Below are positions 1-13,139 of a DNA stretch of 64,000 nucleotides, piece after piece. The notes beneath the pieces are model-generated. The model was not told the origin of the DNA, searched no databases, and saw only the letters and a program-made list of their open reading frames with translations. Position 1 is the stretch's first letter; every line of letters starts with the position of its first letter. This DNA comes from Octopus sinensis. Its lineage: Eukaryota. The stretch lies in contig NC_043005.1 in the NCBI RefSeq assembly GCF_006345805.1, forward strand, positions 2,542,001 through 2,606,000. Direction: 5' to 3'. The position numbers and the translations under genes are program-made.

Positions 1-844
1 GTCACTCTTGTCCTGGAGAGTGCGGATGCTCTTAGGTCCCGAAAGTGAACGGTTGTGAAACAAAGGATTTAGTAGTCGATGATGGATGAGTAGAAGTAGA
101 GCTCCGACCGCTGAGTGGGAGGTCCGCCAGCCGCGGTATGCTGGCCAGATCGAGTTGCCGTGTCCGATGTTTACCCCACCTTTCCTAGGGCCTCCCCCCC
201 CCGTTAAGGAGTGGGCTGCGGTAATCCTAAAGAGGCCAGCCCAGTCACGAGTCCAGCTGCCGAACTCCAATGTCACTGCTATTCATTGGGGAGCAACCAT
301 CTAAGATTCGCCACCAATGTGTGGTCAGGGACTAGAAGCTTACAGCTTCCTAGACTTGACTCCGGCGCCCACGATACCATCGGCATTAGCCTTTTTGTTT
401 TTTTTTGTTTTCAATTTTGAGACTCAAAGAGTAGAAGGACAAAGCCAGTCGCTGAGTAAATTGTTTGAGATGATTGTGGCCAAGCGACGACAATGCACGC
501 GCACTTGACCACGAACTTGTCCGCTGCGGCCTAAGAATTGATATGTGCAGTCTTGTTGAGGCTGGTTGCAGCGAGATGCCGGAGTCTATCCGCCTTTATC
601 ATGCCTGCCGGCAAGCATTGCCCTCTTCCGCCGGAGTCAATCCTTGGGGGTTTGAGATTGCTCTCCTCTGCTTGCTTCGCCATTGGAGTTTTGATGCTGG
701 TGTTTGGTTATGTTTAGTCTGAGGCCTCATCCTTAACCTTGCCGCCATGGGTGGCCCTACCAGGAGTTTAAAACCCTAGATGGCATCGCTCCCGAAATCA
801 TTGGAACGCACAAGCTCTTCCACCACGGCAAGGGACGACCATCG

Positions 845-845
<1 letters not shown>
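1..845 (-). mobile_element. 5' UTR and start of the endonuclease of an RTE-clade LINE (continues off the window)
   Basis: The minus strand begins CCTTGCCGTGGTGGAAGAGCTTGTGCGTTCCAATGA...CCTGGTAGGGCCACCCATGG, resembling Rex3/BovB-type RTE 5' ends. Near position 50-1 it reads FTFGT(frameshift)SIRTLQDKSD, a decayed GTWNVRTL APE motif. Confidence 0.7.
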
Positions 846-882
<37 letters not shown>

Positions 883-1068
883 TAATACATAAACGTAAAT
901 TATATTATGTGTAAAGAAGAGATAAAGTTGTCACTTGAGTGAGTGTAGAATATTTTAGAATTGCTTGAATGGTTGTATAAGTCCCGAAACAATCAAAGGC
1001 AGAAAATATACCAATTGTATTTGAAACCAGGAACTAAATGAATAAAGCAGTTAATGCCAAAATCTTAT

Positions 1069-1790
1069 CTATTTGTAGAACTTTCTCCGGAAGAGAAGTA
1101 TTATCTGCAGAAAAGTGAGTAGTTTCAATGGGGTTGGCAGAGGGAAATGTCTCTCGTTGGAAAAATTCTTGTCTTCGGTGCTCGTCCGTAGCATCTTAAA
1201 AATGATCACTTTTCTTCTTACTCTACATAAGGTGCTACAGTTATAGGAAAACGTAAATAAGGTGGTGCGCCGTTTATCGAGACCGGTAATGTCAACCATA
1301 AACACTGTCTCCAGACAAGGATCGAAACCGGTTCGTGTACACGACCAAACAGAGGTTACTTTTTACATGAAACTCATCATTATTTGCATTGTTGTAAAGA
1401 CAAAATAATAATTAGGTGCAAAGCGACATGGATTTTGGCGAAGGACCTGTTAATTGAATACGGTTCTTTATTTTTTACGATTTCGAAATGAAGAAAGGCA
1501 ACTGGAATTAAGTAGTTTAGTGAAATTCTTGAACCCAAAAAGAAGGTGCGATCTTTCAACGTGGCGGTTTTATTTTTTCAATGTGTTGGAAAGAAGACTG
1601 ATGGCTTTTAAGATTGCCTCCACATAAGCCAACGTCGTTTTTGTCCGATTACGTGGTCTTGGAGCATTTCTGTAACTTCGGCTTCATAACTGAGTTTATC
1701 AAACACGCCTGACCAAGCAGGCAAGCTTCGGGGTCTCGGCAGTTACAACTGTGAGTGGAATCTTTTCTAAATTGTGTATATCTAATATTT
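1069..1790 (-). mobile_element. Degraded Penelope-like element, Cys-rich linker/GIY-YIG region
   Basis: The minus strand at ~1750-1670 reads SCNCRDPEACLLGQACLINSV/YEAEVT, matching the CNCR-x4-CPL-x2-CL-x3-VxYxAxV motif of Penelope-like elements. A weaker CxxLC..KVII motif lies downstream. Heavily frameshifted. Confidence 0.5.
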
Positions 1791-1837
1791 ATCTCTCACT
1801 GGATTGAGTACGTATTTTTATTCTATCCATAATTGAC

Positions 1838-1919
<82 letters not shown>

Positions 1920-1920
1920 T

Positions 1921-1954
<34 letters not shown>

Positions 1955-1971
1955 ATATATATATATATATA

Positions 1972-3255
1972 CAGGGTAGGGAAGCAAAATTTACAATGAA
2001 CGTTAAGTAGTCTTTTCTCAGCAGGCACTAAGCCAATTGTTTTGAAACCTAGCATATATTGACGTCATAATCATACCTGACACTATTATCCTTACCTTTT
2101 CAGAAACTTTTGCCCATATGAGTAATCAGGAAAGCAAATGTCAAAGAGTGTGTGATTTGCTGAATGCACTCGCCACACCAAAGGAGATTTCAAGAATAGT
2201 TGGAATGTCCATAAAGACTGTTTATAATGTAAAGAATAGAATGACTATGAGCAAAACTATTACGAGGATGTCTGGAAGAGGAAGAATAAAAAAACACACC
2301 AAAGCTTTTATTACAGCTCCCAAATCCAAAATCCTAAAGGATCCAACCAAATCCATGAGAAAAATGGCAATTGAACTTGAGGTAGACAACAAGACCATTA
2401 CAAATGCAGTAAGATATGATTTGAGGTTAAAATCTTACACGAGAACACCAAAACACTTGTTGACGACAGCTATGAAGGAAAAGAGATTGGAAAGGGGCAA
2501 GAAAATTATTACATGGTTCAAGAAAAATTCCTCCATTGTAACAATCTTTTCAGATGAGAAGATCTTCACTGTCGATGCTGTTCTGAACCGCAGAAATGAC
2601 AGATTTATTGCAAAATCGACAGCTGAGGTTAAGAGGACATTTCAAAACAAAACATCCTGCTCAAGTTATGGCTTTTGATGTTGTGGCTTCCGATGGAAAG
2701 AAAATGCCTATATAATTCTACAAAGCTGGTGAAAAGATCAATGTTAATGCTTACTACAAGACTCTCAGATACCAGGTATTGCCATGGTTTAAAGCAAGCT
2801 ATTCAGATGGTAATTATGTATGGACACAGGATGGTGCTCCAGCCCACACAGCAAGAAAAATACAAGATTTCTGCAAATCCAACTTTAGCGATTTTGGGGA
2901 ATCATGTTTATGACCGCCTTCTAGACCAGATCTAAACCCTCTGGATTATGCTATTTGGGGTGTTTTAGAACATGCTACCAATAGAACATCACACATCAAT
3001 GTCGACTCTCTTAAAGATACTATTACAGAAGAATGGGAGAAGTTGTCTCCCGAATATTTGAGGAACACTTGTGCAAGTTTCAAGAAGCGTGTGAAGGCAG
3101 TTATTGAGAAAGAAGGACACATAAAATAAAAGCATTTTCTATTATGTAAATTTTCTTGTGGCAAATACATTCTCATGACCTTCAATAAACTAATTGGTCA
3201 TACACTGTCTTTCAATCGTGCCTCAAAATATTGTAAATTTTTCTTCTCCACCCTG
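1972..3255 (+). mobile_element. Full-length Tc1/mariner-superfamily transposon, maT (DD37D) family
   Basis: Imperfect 26-bp TIRs (CAGGGTAGGGAAGCAAAATTTACAAT / reverse complement CAGGGTGGAGAAGAAAAATTTACAAT), TA on both flanks, 1284 bp, adjacent to a (TA)n tract. Confidence 0.92.
2118..3129 (+). pseudogene. DD37D transposase pseudogene
   Basis: HTH N-terminus, IFSDEKIF, then WTQDGAPAH...PPSRPDLNPLDY with 37 residues between the 2nd and 3rd Asp. One frameshift near 2640 and an in-frame TGA at 2911. Confidence 0.9.
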
Positions 3256-3259
3256 TATA

Positions 3260-3476
3260 CGAGGGGTGCTGAAAAGTAGCTGACTTTAGGTAAAAGAAAA
3301 TACAAGCGGATCAGTTAATAATGATTTTATTCAACATATTCCCCTCTCAGGTTCACGCACTTATTCCAGCAGTCCTTCAGTTTTTCTAAGTCCTGCAAAA
3401 GAACTTGGAAGGTTGGGCTTCCAACCAGATCTTTCACTAGACCCTTAAAGCCGGGAACTTTTTGGCACTTCCTTGA
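3260..3476 (-). mobile_element. Mariner-derived MITE
   Basis: Imperfect TIRs CGAGGGGTGCTGAAAAGT...CTTT / AAAGCCGGGAACTTTTTGGCAC. The interior reverse complement encodes a mariner C-terminus (KCVNLRGEYVE*). Confidence 0.75.
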
Positions 3477-4917
3477 ATACGTGTGTGTGCATGTGTGTGC
3501 GTGTGTGTGCGTCTGTGTGCGTGTGTGTATAGACCTGTTTAGCGGATATATAACAAGGAATTTTTAACTCTTTCTCCGCAGATTGAAAGAAAATGATGAA
3601 CAGACGAAATCGATTTTCAAACCTCATTGAGTTCTCATCAGAAATGTTTACATAGATTTCACCAATTCCAGAGAGACGAGCAGTCAATCTGTTTATATAC
3701 TCAACAATTCCAGTAGGTACGAAGAAGTGGAGCTACTAATTCGCATGCCGTACTTTATTTGATATCAGGGGACACTCAAAGGGGATCTCACTCCACACAG
3801 TATTAAGATATATAATATATGTAACCTCTAAGATAGACATATAAGCAGGGAAAATTTAACTAATTCTCCACAGACTGAAATAAATTAACAACCTTAATCG
3901 ATTTTCGAACCATTTGTACGTATATGCTGCTGCTGTTGTTGTTGTTGCTGTTGTTGTTGTTATTGTTGTTGTTTATTCCCGAAAATAAGGTGTAAAATGA
4001 AAAATAATACTGCTTTGGGTCATTCAGCCAATGGCGGAATCGTCAGTCATACTAAATACAATGTTTGGGCAGATTATAGCGGAGATGATGAGAGAGAAAG
4101 AGATGACCTGCATTTCGAAAAAAACTTTAAAGTAATTATAAGTTTTTGTTAATGAACTTCAATAAGAAAGAAATGTCAATTGAAATGACATTTTCCTATT
4201 GAAATGTTTAGTCGGAGAACACACGACTCTGAGCAATATTTATTTCTTAGAAGTAAGAGATGCATAAGTGTTGAGAATAAATGCTATCGTCACCAAAATA
4301 GTTAAGACAAACGGAGACTAGACTGCGTCATAACGTAAATCATTAAATATTCCCATAAATTATGATAATTACAAATCGGATATCACCGTTACGGAAGTCT
4401 AAGTTCTGAAGGTGCTTACGGTTTTTGGTAACTGTTGTGAAATACGATTTTATTCAGCAAAGGTTTGCATATTGTGTACAATGTGTGTGGGAGAATAAGA
4501 GAAGAAAAAAAGCTAGTGGATTTCATGCGCCGAACAGATCGAGTTTGTTTCCCAAAGTATGACATCTTGTAAACTGAATCTCCATATTGACGGGATCGCA
4601 TAATACACGAGTTAGAAATAATATTTGAATAATTCTATCTCAACGATATAAATGAGATACAAATATAAATGCATTCATGGAAACAGTGATAGAATATTTA
4701 TAATAATAGACAATAATATCATAATTGGTTACATTGTAAAATGTTTGTTCGTTCTTTGGGAGAATGAAATTTTCTCCTCCAAGAAAGAAACCTCTGATCT
4801 CAGTCTTGAGTCGATATTTGATCACTGATTGAAAACTAATTCAAATATACAATAAGATGCAACAGATTAGAAGAGAATTATCAATAATTATCAATAATAT
4901 TAAAACTTTTCGAAATC

Positions 4918-5133
4918 GATGAGCTGGCAGAATCGTTAGCATGCCAGACAAAGTGCTTAGTTGCATTCCTTACGTTCTGAGTTCAAATTCCACCGAGGTC
5001 GACTTTGCTTTTCATTTTTTCGAAGTCGAGAAAACAATCGCTGAATTAGCATTAGGGTTGATGTAATCGCCAAGCCATCTCCCCCCTCCCAACATTTCAG
5101 GCCTTGTGCCTATTGTAGAATAGAATATTATTA
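4918..5133 (+). mobile_element. tRNA-derived SINE (family S1), decayed
   Basis: A box-like TGGCAGAATCGTTAG, B box-like GAGTTCAAATTCC, central GTCGACTTTGC..TTCAT, ATT tail. Same family as 7459. Confidence 0.75.
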
Positions 5134-5856
5134 CTTTTTGTGTTTCTGAAAACGAAATTTCGTTTATTATTTGGTCGCCATGGTACATTTACAGAGTTTT
5201 ATCATCAAGTTTCTTTAGATTCTTTCAAAGGTGGAAGTCAGAAGTTAACTGAGCCTCTTTAAATTCAAGAGCGAATTGCAAATAGATGAGAAACTATAAG
5301 GACATATCTGTGGTGAGGAAAAGAATAAATTATTTTTATTATCATTACTGCCTGAAAATACATACAACACCATTTTCACTTCTGATATTCGATTCAAAAC
5401 CAAAAATACTTCTCAATCAATAAATAAGTTCATTCCGAACCATTCCACTTCCTTTTAAATGCGGAAGAGAATTACGTTTTCTTTCCATCAAGCTGACTTC
5501 TGTGTGAGGTTTGTGTATTTCTTTTATATACTCCGCACGCATCTATATATGGGTGATAGACGTATGTTAATTGTTGCCGTTGGCGCATCTTTGATCGTTG
5601 CATGTTAGATCGGGGTTCAAACAGTGCCAGCTTAAAGCTCAAATACAAACAACTGAAGACATGGGTCTTCACGCAACTGAATTTGAAAAGTAAACGAAGG
5701 ATCAGAGCTGTGACTTCTTTCATCGAAGGTCACAGAGGTCAGAGCTTACTTGGAGGTAGAGTAACAACAACAACAATAATAGTATATCCATGCGTGAGTT
5801 GTATGTATAAATGTATTGACCCGACACACTCTGGTGTAAATGTTGCGAGTTATATG

Positions 5857-6179
5857 TAGAAGCATGTGGCTTAGTGGTTAGGTTATTCGGTTCACAATCG
5901 TAGGATCATGAGTTCGATTCCTGGCGGCGAGTTGTGTCCTTGAGCAAGACACTTTATTTCACATTGCTCCAGTTCACTGAACTGACCAAAATAAGTAGAA
6001 ACTGTTTTTCAAAAAGGCCAGCCTTGTCCCATTCTGTGTCACACTGAATCTCCCTGAAAACTACGTTAAAGGTACGCGTGTCTGTGGAGTACTCAGCCAC
6101 TTGCTTGTTAATTTCATGAGCAGGTTGTTCCGTCGGTTGAATCAACTGGAACACTCGTCGTTGTAACTGACGGAGTACC
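5857..6179 (+). mobile_element. tRNA-derived SINE (family S2)
   Basis: A box TGGCTTAGTGG, B box GAGTTCGATTCC, GTGTCCTTGAGCAAGACAC core. Second copy at 22245. Confidence 0.8.
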
Positions 6180-6920
6180 AGATGTTTTTATAATCTCCCC
6201 CCAGCACATGACTGATAGATCATCGATGATCACTAATCCGCTAGCGCTATTGACGGCCAGGTTATTCCAGGTTATTCCCAAATAAAGTCATCCGACTTCA
6301 CTTCCATCTTTGCGACCAGAAACAACTCAAGGGACCAAAATAGGAATCAAATGATAAAATTTAATTTAAACTATTTGGTCACGTGGAAGGTTACTTGCTT
6401 CGGACACGTGGAAGATCCTTGTTTTAATTTTTTGTTTTTGTGTGTGTGTTTTGGTGCATAAACGTATTGATCTCCATAATATTGTTTGATTAATTTAAAG
6501 GTATCAATCATGTCTTCGATTTTTCCCTAGTTAAGGCTGATTACGGCGTAACACTCGAACACACAAACGCCGTGAGAAGCGGGACAATATTATTGATATT
6601 AAAATATTTTAACTACTAGATCGAGTCCTTAAAATCAATACAGGTAATCGATAATTTCGTTTCTTGGGTTCTTTCTCGCCCAAAGCATTGAAGTTCGGCC
6701 ATCTCACTACGTAGAACAATTAGCTTTCCATTTCACCCTCCAAGCTCTTAACTCCTCCGATTCTTACTTACATCGGCTTCAACTGCGCCATTCTTTCTGT
6801 TGTGGAAATAGACACAAACACTGAGAACACGATTGTTCTCTGTAATCACATCACCAGGATCTTTATCTGGGATACAATCCAAGCCATCGTTGTTTTACCA
6901 GCCTCCTCATTCCCTGACTT

Positions 6921-6954
<34 letters not shown>

Positions 6955-7278
6955 ACCTCACCCTCTCTCTTTAATATTCCCAAGATTTCTCATAATCTTA
7001 CTTTTTATTACACTTCCATATCATCCAAACTTACAGAAATATTTAATCTCTCCTCTGATTGCTTCTTCAATCAATATTTCTTAATAGTTCAATATATTAT
7101 ATTATTCCCAATAAACACCGCAACAAACCATAAATGACTCCGTACTTATTCGTTCGCGAAACTTCCTCTCATTTGCAGTTAATAACTTCTATTGCTTTCT
7201 TTTAATATTCTTTTACATTTTAGATCTACAAGTTTATTCTCCCCAATGTTTTTAACTCGGATTCCATTATTAATGGAG

Positions 7279-7281
<3 letters not shown>

Positions 7282-7311
<30 letters not shown>

Positions 7312-7345
7312 GTTGTTGTTGTTATTATTATTATTATTATTATTA

Positions 7346-7379
<34 letters not shown>

Positions 7380-7392
7380 GTTGTTGTTGTTG

Positions 7393-7458
<66 letters not shown>
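7282..7458. repeat. (TTA)n/(TTG)n microsatellite
   Basis: Direct reading. Confidence 0.95.
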
Positions 7459-7670
7459 GGCGGTGAGCTGGCAGAGTCGTTAGCACGCCGAGCAAAATGC
7501 TTAGCGACATTTCGTCTGTCGCTACGCTCTGAGTTCAAATTTCGCCGAAGTCGACTTTGCCTTTCATCCATTTAGGGTCGATAAATTAAGTCCCAGTGAA
7601 ACACTGGGGTCAGTGTAATCGACTAGTCCTCTTTCCTCAAATTTCAGGATTTGTGTCTTTAGTAGAAAGG

Positions 7671-7672
<2 letters not shown>
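7459..7672 (+). mobile_element. tRNA-derived SINE (family S1) with (ATT)n tail
   Basis: GGCGGTGAGCTGGCAGAGTCGTTAG head, GAGTTCAAATT B box, GTCGACTTTGCCTTTCATCC core, embedded in (TTA)n. Confidence 0.85.
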
Positions 7673-7724
<52 letters not shown>

Positions 7725-7727
<3 letters not shown>

Positions 7728-7921
7728 TAGTTTTATTTTTATAGCGTGCTTTCACTTCACTACCGAGCGCAGCTCTGTGTGCCTTGGGTATGTGCTGTGA
7801 TTTGTTGTGATGCTCTGATGGTTATTGTATGGAAAGTGTTCTGCGTAGGATGTGTGCAGTGCCTAGTAGTGCAATTTTCTGTATGTTATATGTGTTTGTA
7901 AGTCCTGGTGTTTTTGTTATG
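7725..7921 (-). mobile_element. R4/Dong LINE family A, 3' end fragment
   Basis: Encodes IQKIALLGTAHILRRTLSIQ* plus a 3' UTR near-identical to 56938-57037. Flanked by (TTA)n. Confidence 0.9.
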
Positions 7922-7932
7922 TTTGTTATGTT

Positions 7933-7982
<50 letters not shown>

Positions 7983-7984
<2 letters not shown>

Positions 7985-8262
7985 GTTTAACTTTTGCTTT
8001 ATGTCTGTACAAGTTGGCTCCAAGTCTCAACCAGAGACCTCAAGAGACAACAGGCTGGAAGTTCACGTTGTTGTTATGCCTAGTGTGCCATATATTTGGG
8101 GGGTTTTTTGGTGTTGTACTAGTGAATGTCTAATAAATAAATTAGAAAAAAAGTTTGTTTTAAACCTTGGGATTACATAGAGAGTATTTTGCGTAGGATA
8201 TGAGCAGTTCCCATGAGCAGTATCTTTTGAATTTCTGCCATTTTGGGGTTTCCTGGTATCTA
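7983..8262 (-). mobile_element. R4/Dong LINE family C, 3' end fragment
   Basis: Encodes PKMAEIQKILLMGTAHILRKILSM*. 3' UTR shared with 57090-57260 and 61395-61560. Confidence 0.85.
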
Positions 8263-8889
8263 TGTCAATGGTTCCTTTCAGAAGGTCGTCCCACATTTGA
8301 CGACCATCAATAACCGTCCGTCCATTCTCACTCAACTAGTTTACAAATTGAATCGTTGTAAGCTTTCCGAATCGAAAGTGTGGCCCCTCCCTTTGAATTG
8401 TATTTAAGTTAAACAGGAAAATCACAAACTTGTGGTTTATGGGGCCGAAATTGTGTACACCTTACGCTATACTTATCGGCTGAGTTAATAGATATTATTT
8501 GCCCACATACGATCTGGATGACCTGATATAGTTTGTTTAAGTCCAATGTGGGACATGTTAAACGGCTGTATGTAATTTCCTGGGGATTTGACTGCTATTT
8601 CTTGAGGGCTTACAACAGAAAGAACCAGTAGTCATAACGTGAACGTTGTATGACAGACACTCCACTGTAAACCATTTATAGAGTGGCCTATTACACTAGA
8701 GGCTTTGTAAGAGGCAGGCTTCCCATACCACGTGACTTGGGGAACCCTGTTAAGTGTTGCAGTCGCCATTAAACTGTCCACGTTGTCAGGTTTTTAAGAA
8801 GTTTGACGAAGAAGAGTTGAAGAAGAAGACAGAGAATGAGAAGGGGAGTGGAATACGCAGACGATGGGGTGGGGTAGGGCATAACGATG

Positions 8890-9028
8890 AGAAAGAAAGA
8901 AAGAAAGAAAGAAGTGAATAAATAATAAGAGGAAGACGTGGTGAAAGAAAGAAAATAAAGAAAAGACAAGAAACAGAAACAAGTGGTGAGCAGGAGAGCG
9001 ATGAAAAGGGAGAAAGGAACAGAGAAAG

Positions 9029-9062
<34 letters not shown>

Positions 9063-9077
9063 GGAGAAAGGGAGAAA

Positions 9078-9138
<61 letters not shown>

Positions 9139-9615
9139 GGAGAAAGGAAGAAAGAAAAAAGAAAGAAAGAAGACAGGAGTATGAAAAGGAAGCAAAGAAA
9201 TAAGAGAAAAAGAGAAAGAAAAAATTAGAGCCCGAGCAGAGAAGGAAAGAGTAAGAAATGAAAGAGAAGAGAAGGAAAGAGTAAGAAATGAAAGAGAAGA
9301 GAAGGAAAGAGAAGGAAAGAGTAAGAAATGAAAGAGAAGGAAAGAGTAAGAAATGAAAGAGAAGAGAAGGAAGGAGTAAGAAATGAAAGAGAAGAGAAGG
9401 AAAGAGTAAGAAATGAAAGAGAAGAGAAGGAAAGAGAAGGAAAGAGTAAGAAATGAAAGAGAAGGAAAGAGTAAGAAATGAAAGAGAAGAGAAGGAAGGA
9501 GTAAGAAATGAAAGAGAAGAGAAGGAAAGAGTAAGAAATGAAAGAGAAGAGAAGGAAAGAGAAGGAAAGAGTAAGAAATGAAAGAGAAGAGAAGGAAGGA
9601 GTAAGAAATGAAAGA
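8890..9615. repeat. (GAAA)n tract followed by a ~29-bp purine minisatellite
   Basis: Unit AGAGAAGGAAAGAGTAAGAAATGAAAGAG with variants repeated over 9238-9615. Confidence 0.9.
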
Positions 9616-10519
9616 GCGCTGGTCTAACATTTTGTTCGATGTTTTGTTGTTCTTCTTCGAGTAAATCTACGTCTGATGATGTGCTCAGGTGTATTTGCGC
9701 GTCGATGTGTGGATGAGAGTGTAATTGTGTTTACATACATACATGCCCCTGTGTATGCGTGCAGACGTGTATGTGTGCACATGCGCACAAGTGCATGTGT
9801 GAATGTATGTCTGTGACTTTCCAATTACCAATTAGAATTTTGTTTTTTCTTTCACATTTTTTGTTGTTTCAATTTTATTTTTATTTTTATTTTTATTTTT
9901 GTATAATTTAATTACTTCAATTTCATTTCAAAAATTACATTTCCGCCTCCTGTAATCCGACACCTTCCTCTACGGATCCTGACACCCCCACCCCCACCAC
10001 ATCACTGCTCCTCCATCCTTTTGCGCCCCCTTACAGTCTCAGTTTCAGTTAAACAGACCGACAGACAGTCCGACAAACAGACACAGACGAACAGACAGAT
10101 GACGGGTATGACATAACAACAACAACAAAATCTACGACAATTGCTTAACCATTAACGTCGCCTCCACCGCTTCGTCTCCTACCACCACCACCACCACCAC
10201 CATACACGAAACAATGAGAGGAGCGAACCTGTGGCCTGTTAGAAACAGAAACCAAATCTTCCTCAAATTACATCCCACCTAAAAGCAAGACACCGAACAT
10301 AATGTCGTCCTAGATACACTTTACCTGAAAACAAGACGATGTGCTTTCACCTGAAAGACTTTTGGTCAGGTCCATCCTTCCTTCTTTCCTTCCTTCATTT
10401 CTTCTTTTCTTTCATTCATTCATTCCATCATCCTTCATTCTTCTTTCCGTTTCTGAACCACACCAACGAATAACTTGCATTAAACGGATGTGAGTCCTAT
10501 CTATTCTATTGTATATAAC

Positions 10520-10584
<65 letters not shown>

Positions 10585-13139
10585 CTACCTCTCTGTCTCT
10601 CGCTTTCCCTCCCTCCCCATAGCCACTCCAGAAGTAATACTTCTGCAATTTGCAGCAATGGATTAAAGCCGCCCAGTTTTCCTTGACTTACGGTGGGAGC
10701 TTATTTGAGATAGCAGAAGGATAATAACAATAAATATTGTGAAATACTTATTTCTAACATCTCATCATCATAAAAAGGAAAATTACATCAAATAATATAG
10801 TTCGAGATACTCTTAACCACTTGAACAGTTCTACCTTAGACGTCTCTGGAAAAACGTGGAAGGACACGATATATTCCACAACTGTACTTGACAGGGGCCA
10901 GCTGTGGTTGGTTGTATCCAGTGTTTGAAAATAGAGCAGCTGAAGATCTCACTCTCTCTATTTTATAAGGAGTTAACCCAAAGCCAAGTCAGTACTCGTT
11001 CTATAAGATATATTAATCAAAGGGTTATGCCGAAATTAGTTCCTTTTGGTTGCCACCAATAAAGTGCATCTGTTTATCTGTCGGTGTTGATGTCATTCGC
11101 GAATTTTCTGGGGCCATCGCAAACATCGCCACATCAGACAAATAGAAACAGAATAATTGGTAAAATCACGATGCTCCAACCGATCCACATCAGAGGTTCT
11201 CAGTTTCTTACAGCTCAATGATCGCCTTTTATGGACTTTATGGAGTTTACGAACGTACCCTCGCCATGCTTTTCACGTGTCGCCAAAATAAAAAAAAATG
11301 GCAGCAGATTATTCTAACGGTTGAATTCCAAGTAAATAAAGTTGTAGATAACAGCGTGTACATATTGGGTAAAAAAAAATCTTCGAATGGATAAAAGTCG
11401 AAGGCTGCTCATGAGACTCAAACCTACATCTTCTGAAATCACAGTATTTAAACTATATTTTTTTATAGCTTATTTAATTTGAGTAAAACCGTTTTAAAAA
11501 AATATTTTACGTTCTCTCAAAGTTTCTAAATTCTAATTTTGCGCAATGGCATTATTCCTTCCACCATGGGCCTCTTTTCAGATATTTGAGTGGACTAAAG
11601 CTACCCACCACCCATCAATGTTCAATTTTTATATGAATTTCTAAAGGTGAAGATTTCTCTAATGAAATTATATTGGACCTTGCTACATCTCCAAAGTCAC
11701 GTTTTCTCTCCTACACATAAACATATGCGTGGATTAGTGCCTTCTATGTTAAATTACTAACGCTGAGGACGTCTAGAATCGGGTCAACACAACCGAAGTC
11801 GTGTTTCTTCTCTTGGAATACAGATTGTTTTATTCGTATTCAAATCTTGACAAAGATTTTTATTTATTCTTATTTTTTGAAAATATGTTTAAGATGTAAA
11901 ATTGTTGTACTTGACTTAAATATTTCATTTCTAAGAAAAATCAGAAGCCTTCTAAATTTTCAGCGCCCTCCTTGGCACTTTCACTGAGTTCCCAAGGGCC
12001 TCGGGGTGGCACTCCTTTTCGGGATGAAGCCTTTGGTATGTTCAGACTGAGAAGAATCGGGTCCTTCTTTTGGATCTTTACCGTCTAAACAATATTGCGT
12101 TGCTGGCAGGAGATGAACTTCCGACATCATTGTTCAGAATCAACTAATCTTAACTACTAGCACATTTACCATTGTAATAAGCCAATAATCAAAGCCGCTT
12201 CCTCGTGAAGTGCCTGAATTAGTCCTTTTTTTCTGCAATACTGAGGTTTCAGTATTTGCTGCCCTTTATATAATGCCTTCATTTTTCAATGATTCGATTT
12301 ATCTGATCTCTCTTTTATCTTTTTATCATTTGTTTTATCTTAGACTGCATTATCAAATTGTACCCTATGACCACATTTCCCTTTACTTTCTGATCTTTTT
12401 TAAATAAATACATTGCTCCGGCATGACCACGGCCGCATGGCTGAAACGAGTAAAAGAGTGTGTCAACTATCTAAACACTTCACTTGTGGATAATTCACAA
12501 ATTATACAATTCTAACCACCTTTTGTGGTTTAAGATTTGGAAAATGGAAAGAAAGAACATCTTCCCCCAAATGCTCAGTGCACAGACGGAAGAAAGGGTT
12601 ACTGTCTTTGAACTGTGAATAACACAAGTGGCATAAGTCACCTACGCCCGACGATAAGTACTCAATCACTTGGATTGTTTTTGACATTATTGTTAACAAG
12701 GATTGACAAGTTTCTACAATTCTATTACATATGTGTTGGCGTTTGTAGATGTATTTCAAATGGTTTCGTATGATCAGGCGCATGACTATATGCATGCGTG
12801 TGTGTGCGAGACCTTGTTGTTGTTGTTGTCGTTGTTGTTGCTGTTGTTGTTTTTGTTTCTGTTCTACGTTAGCCCTGGCGTTGAGGTAATTGACGTTGTC
12901 TTGTAGTTGCCCACCTAAAGCTTCTCTGTTAGGATATAACTTAAAGTGGCAGAATGGCTTCAATTCGAAATCACTTCTGACTTTGAAATCTCTGAGGGAG
13001 AACTTGATCACGAACGCTGTTTGGTGGATTAATTTTCTCTCCATTATGTAGAGAGTTCCTCGTTGAAAACGCTGCTCTGTCGGAACCGTATAATTGTTGT
13101 TAATAGTGTTGTCAGTGCAATTTGGAGTTGTCATTGATG

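Noticed and set aside
5860-5930. tRNA gene
   Set aside because: A and B boxes are present, but there is no full cloverleaf and it continues into a SINE body repeated elsewhere.
6535-6580. Hammerhead-like CTGATTA plus CGGCGT/ACGCCG stem
   Set aside because: No GAAA after stem II and no stem I or stem III.
10800-12200. Possible very old RT remnant
   Set aside because: Only faint motif hints on the minus strand; no consistent frame.
12502-13134. 210-aa ORF with poly-Q as a host gene
   Set aside because: Spans (CAA)n and (CA)n repeats, no recognisable domain, no convincing splice pair. An exon cannot be excluded without RNA data.
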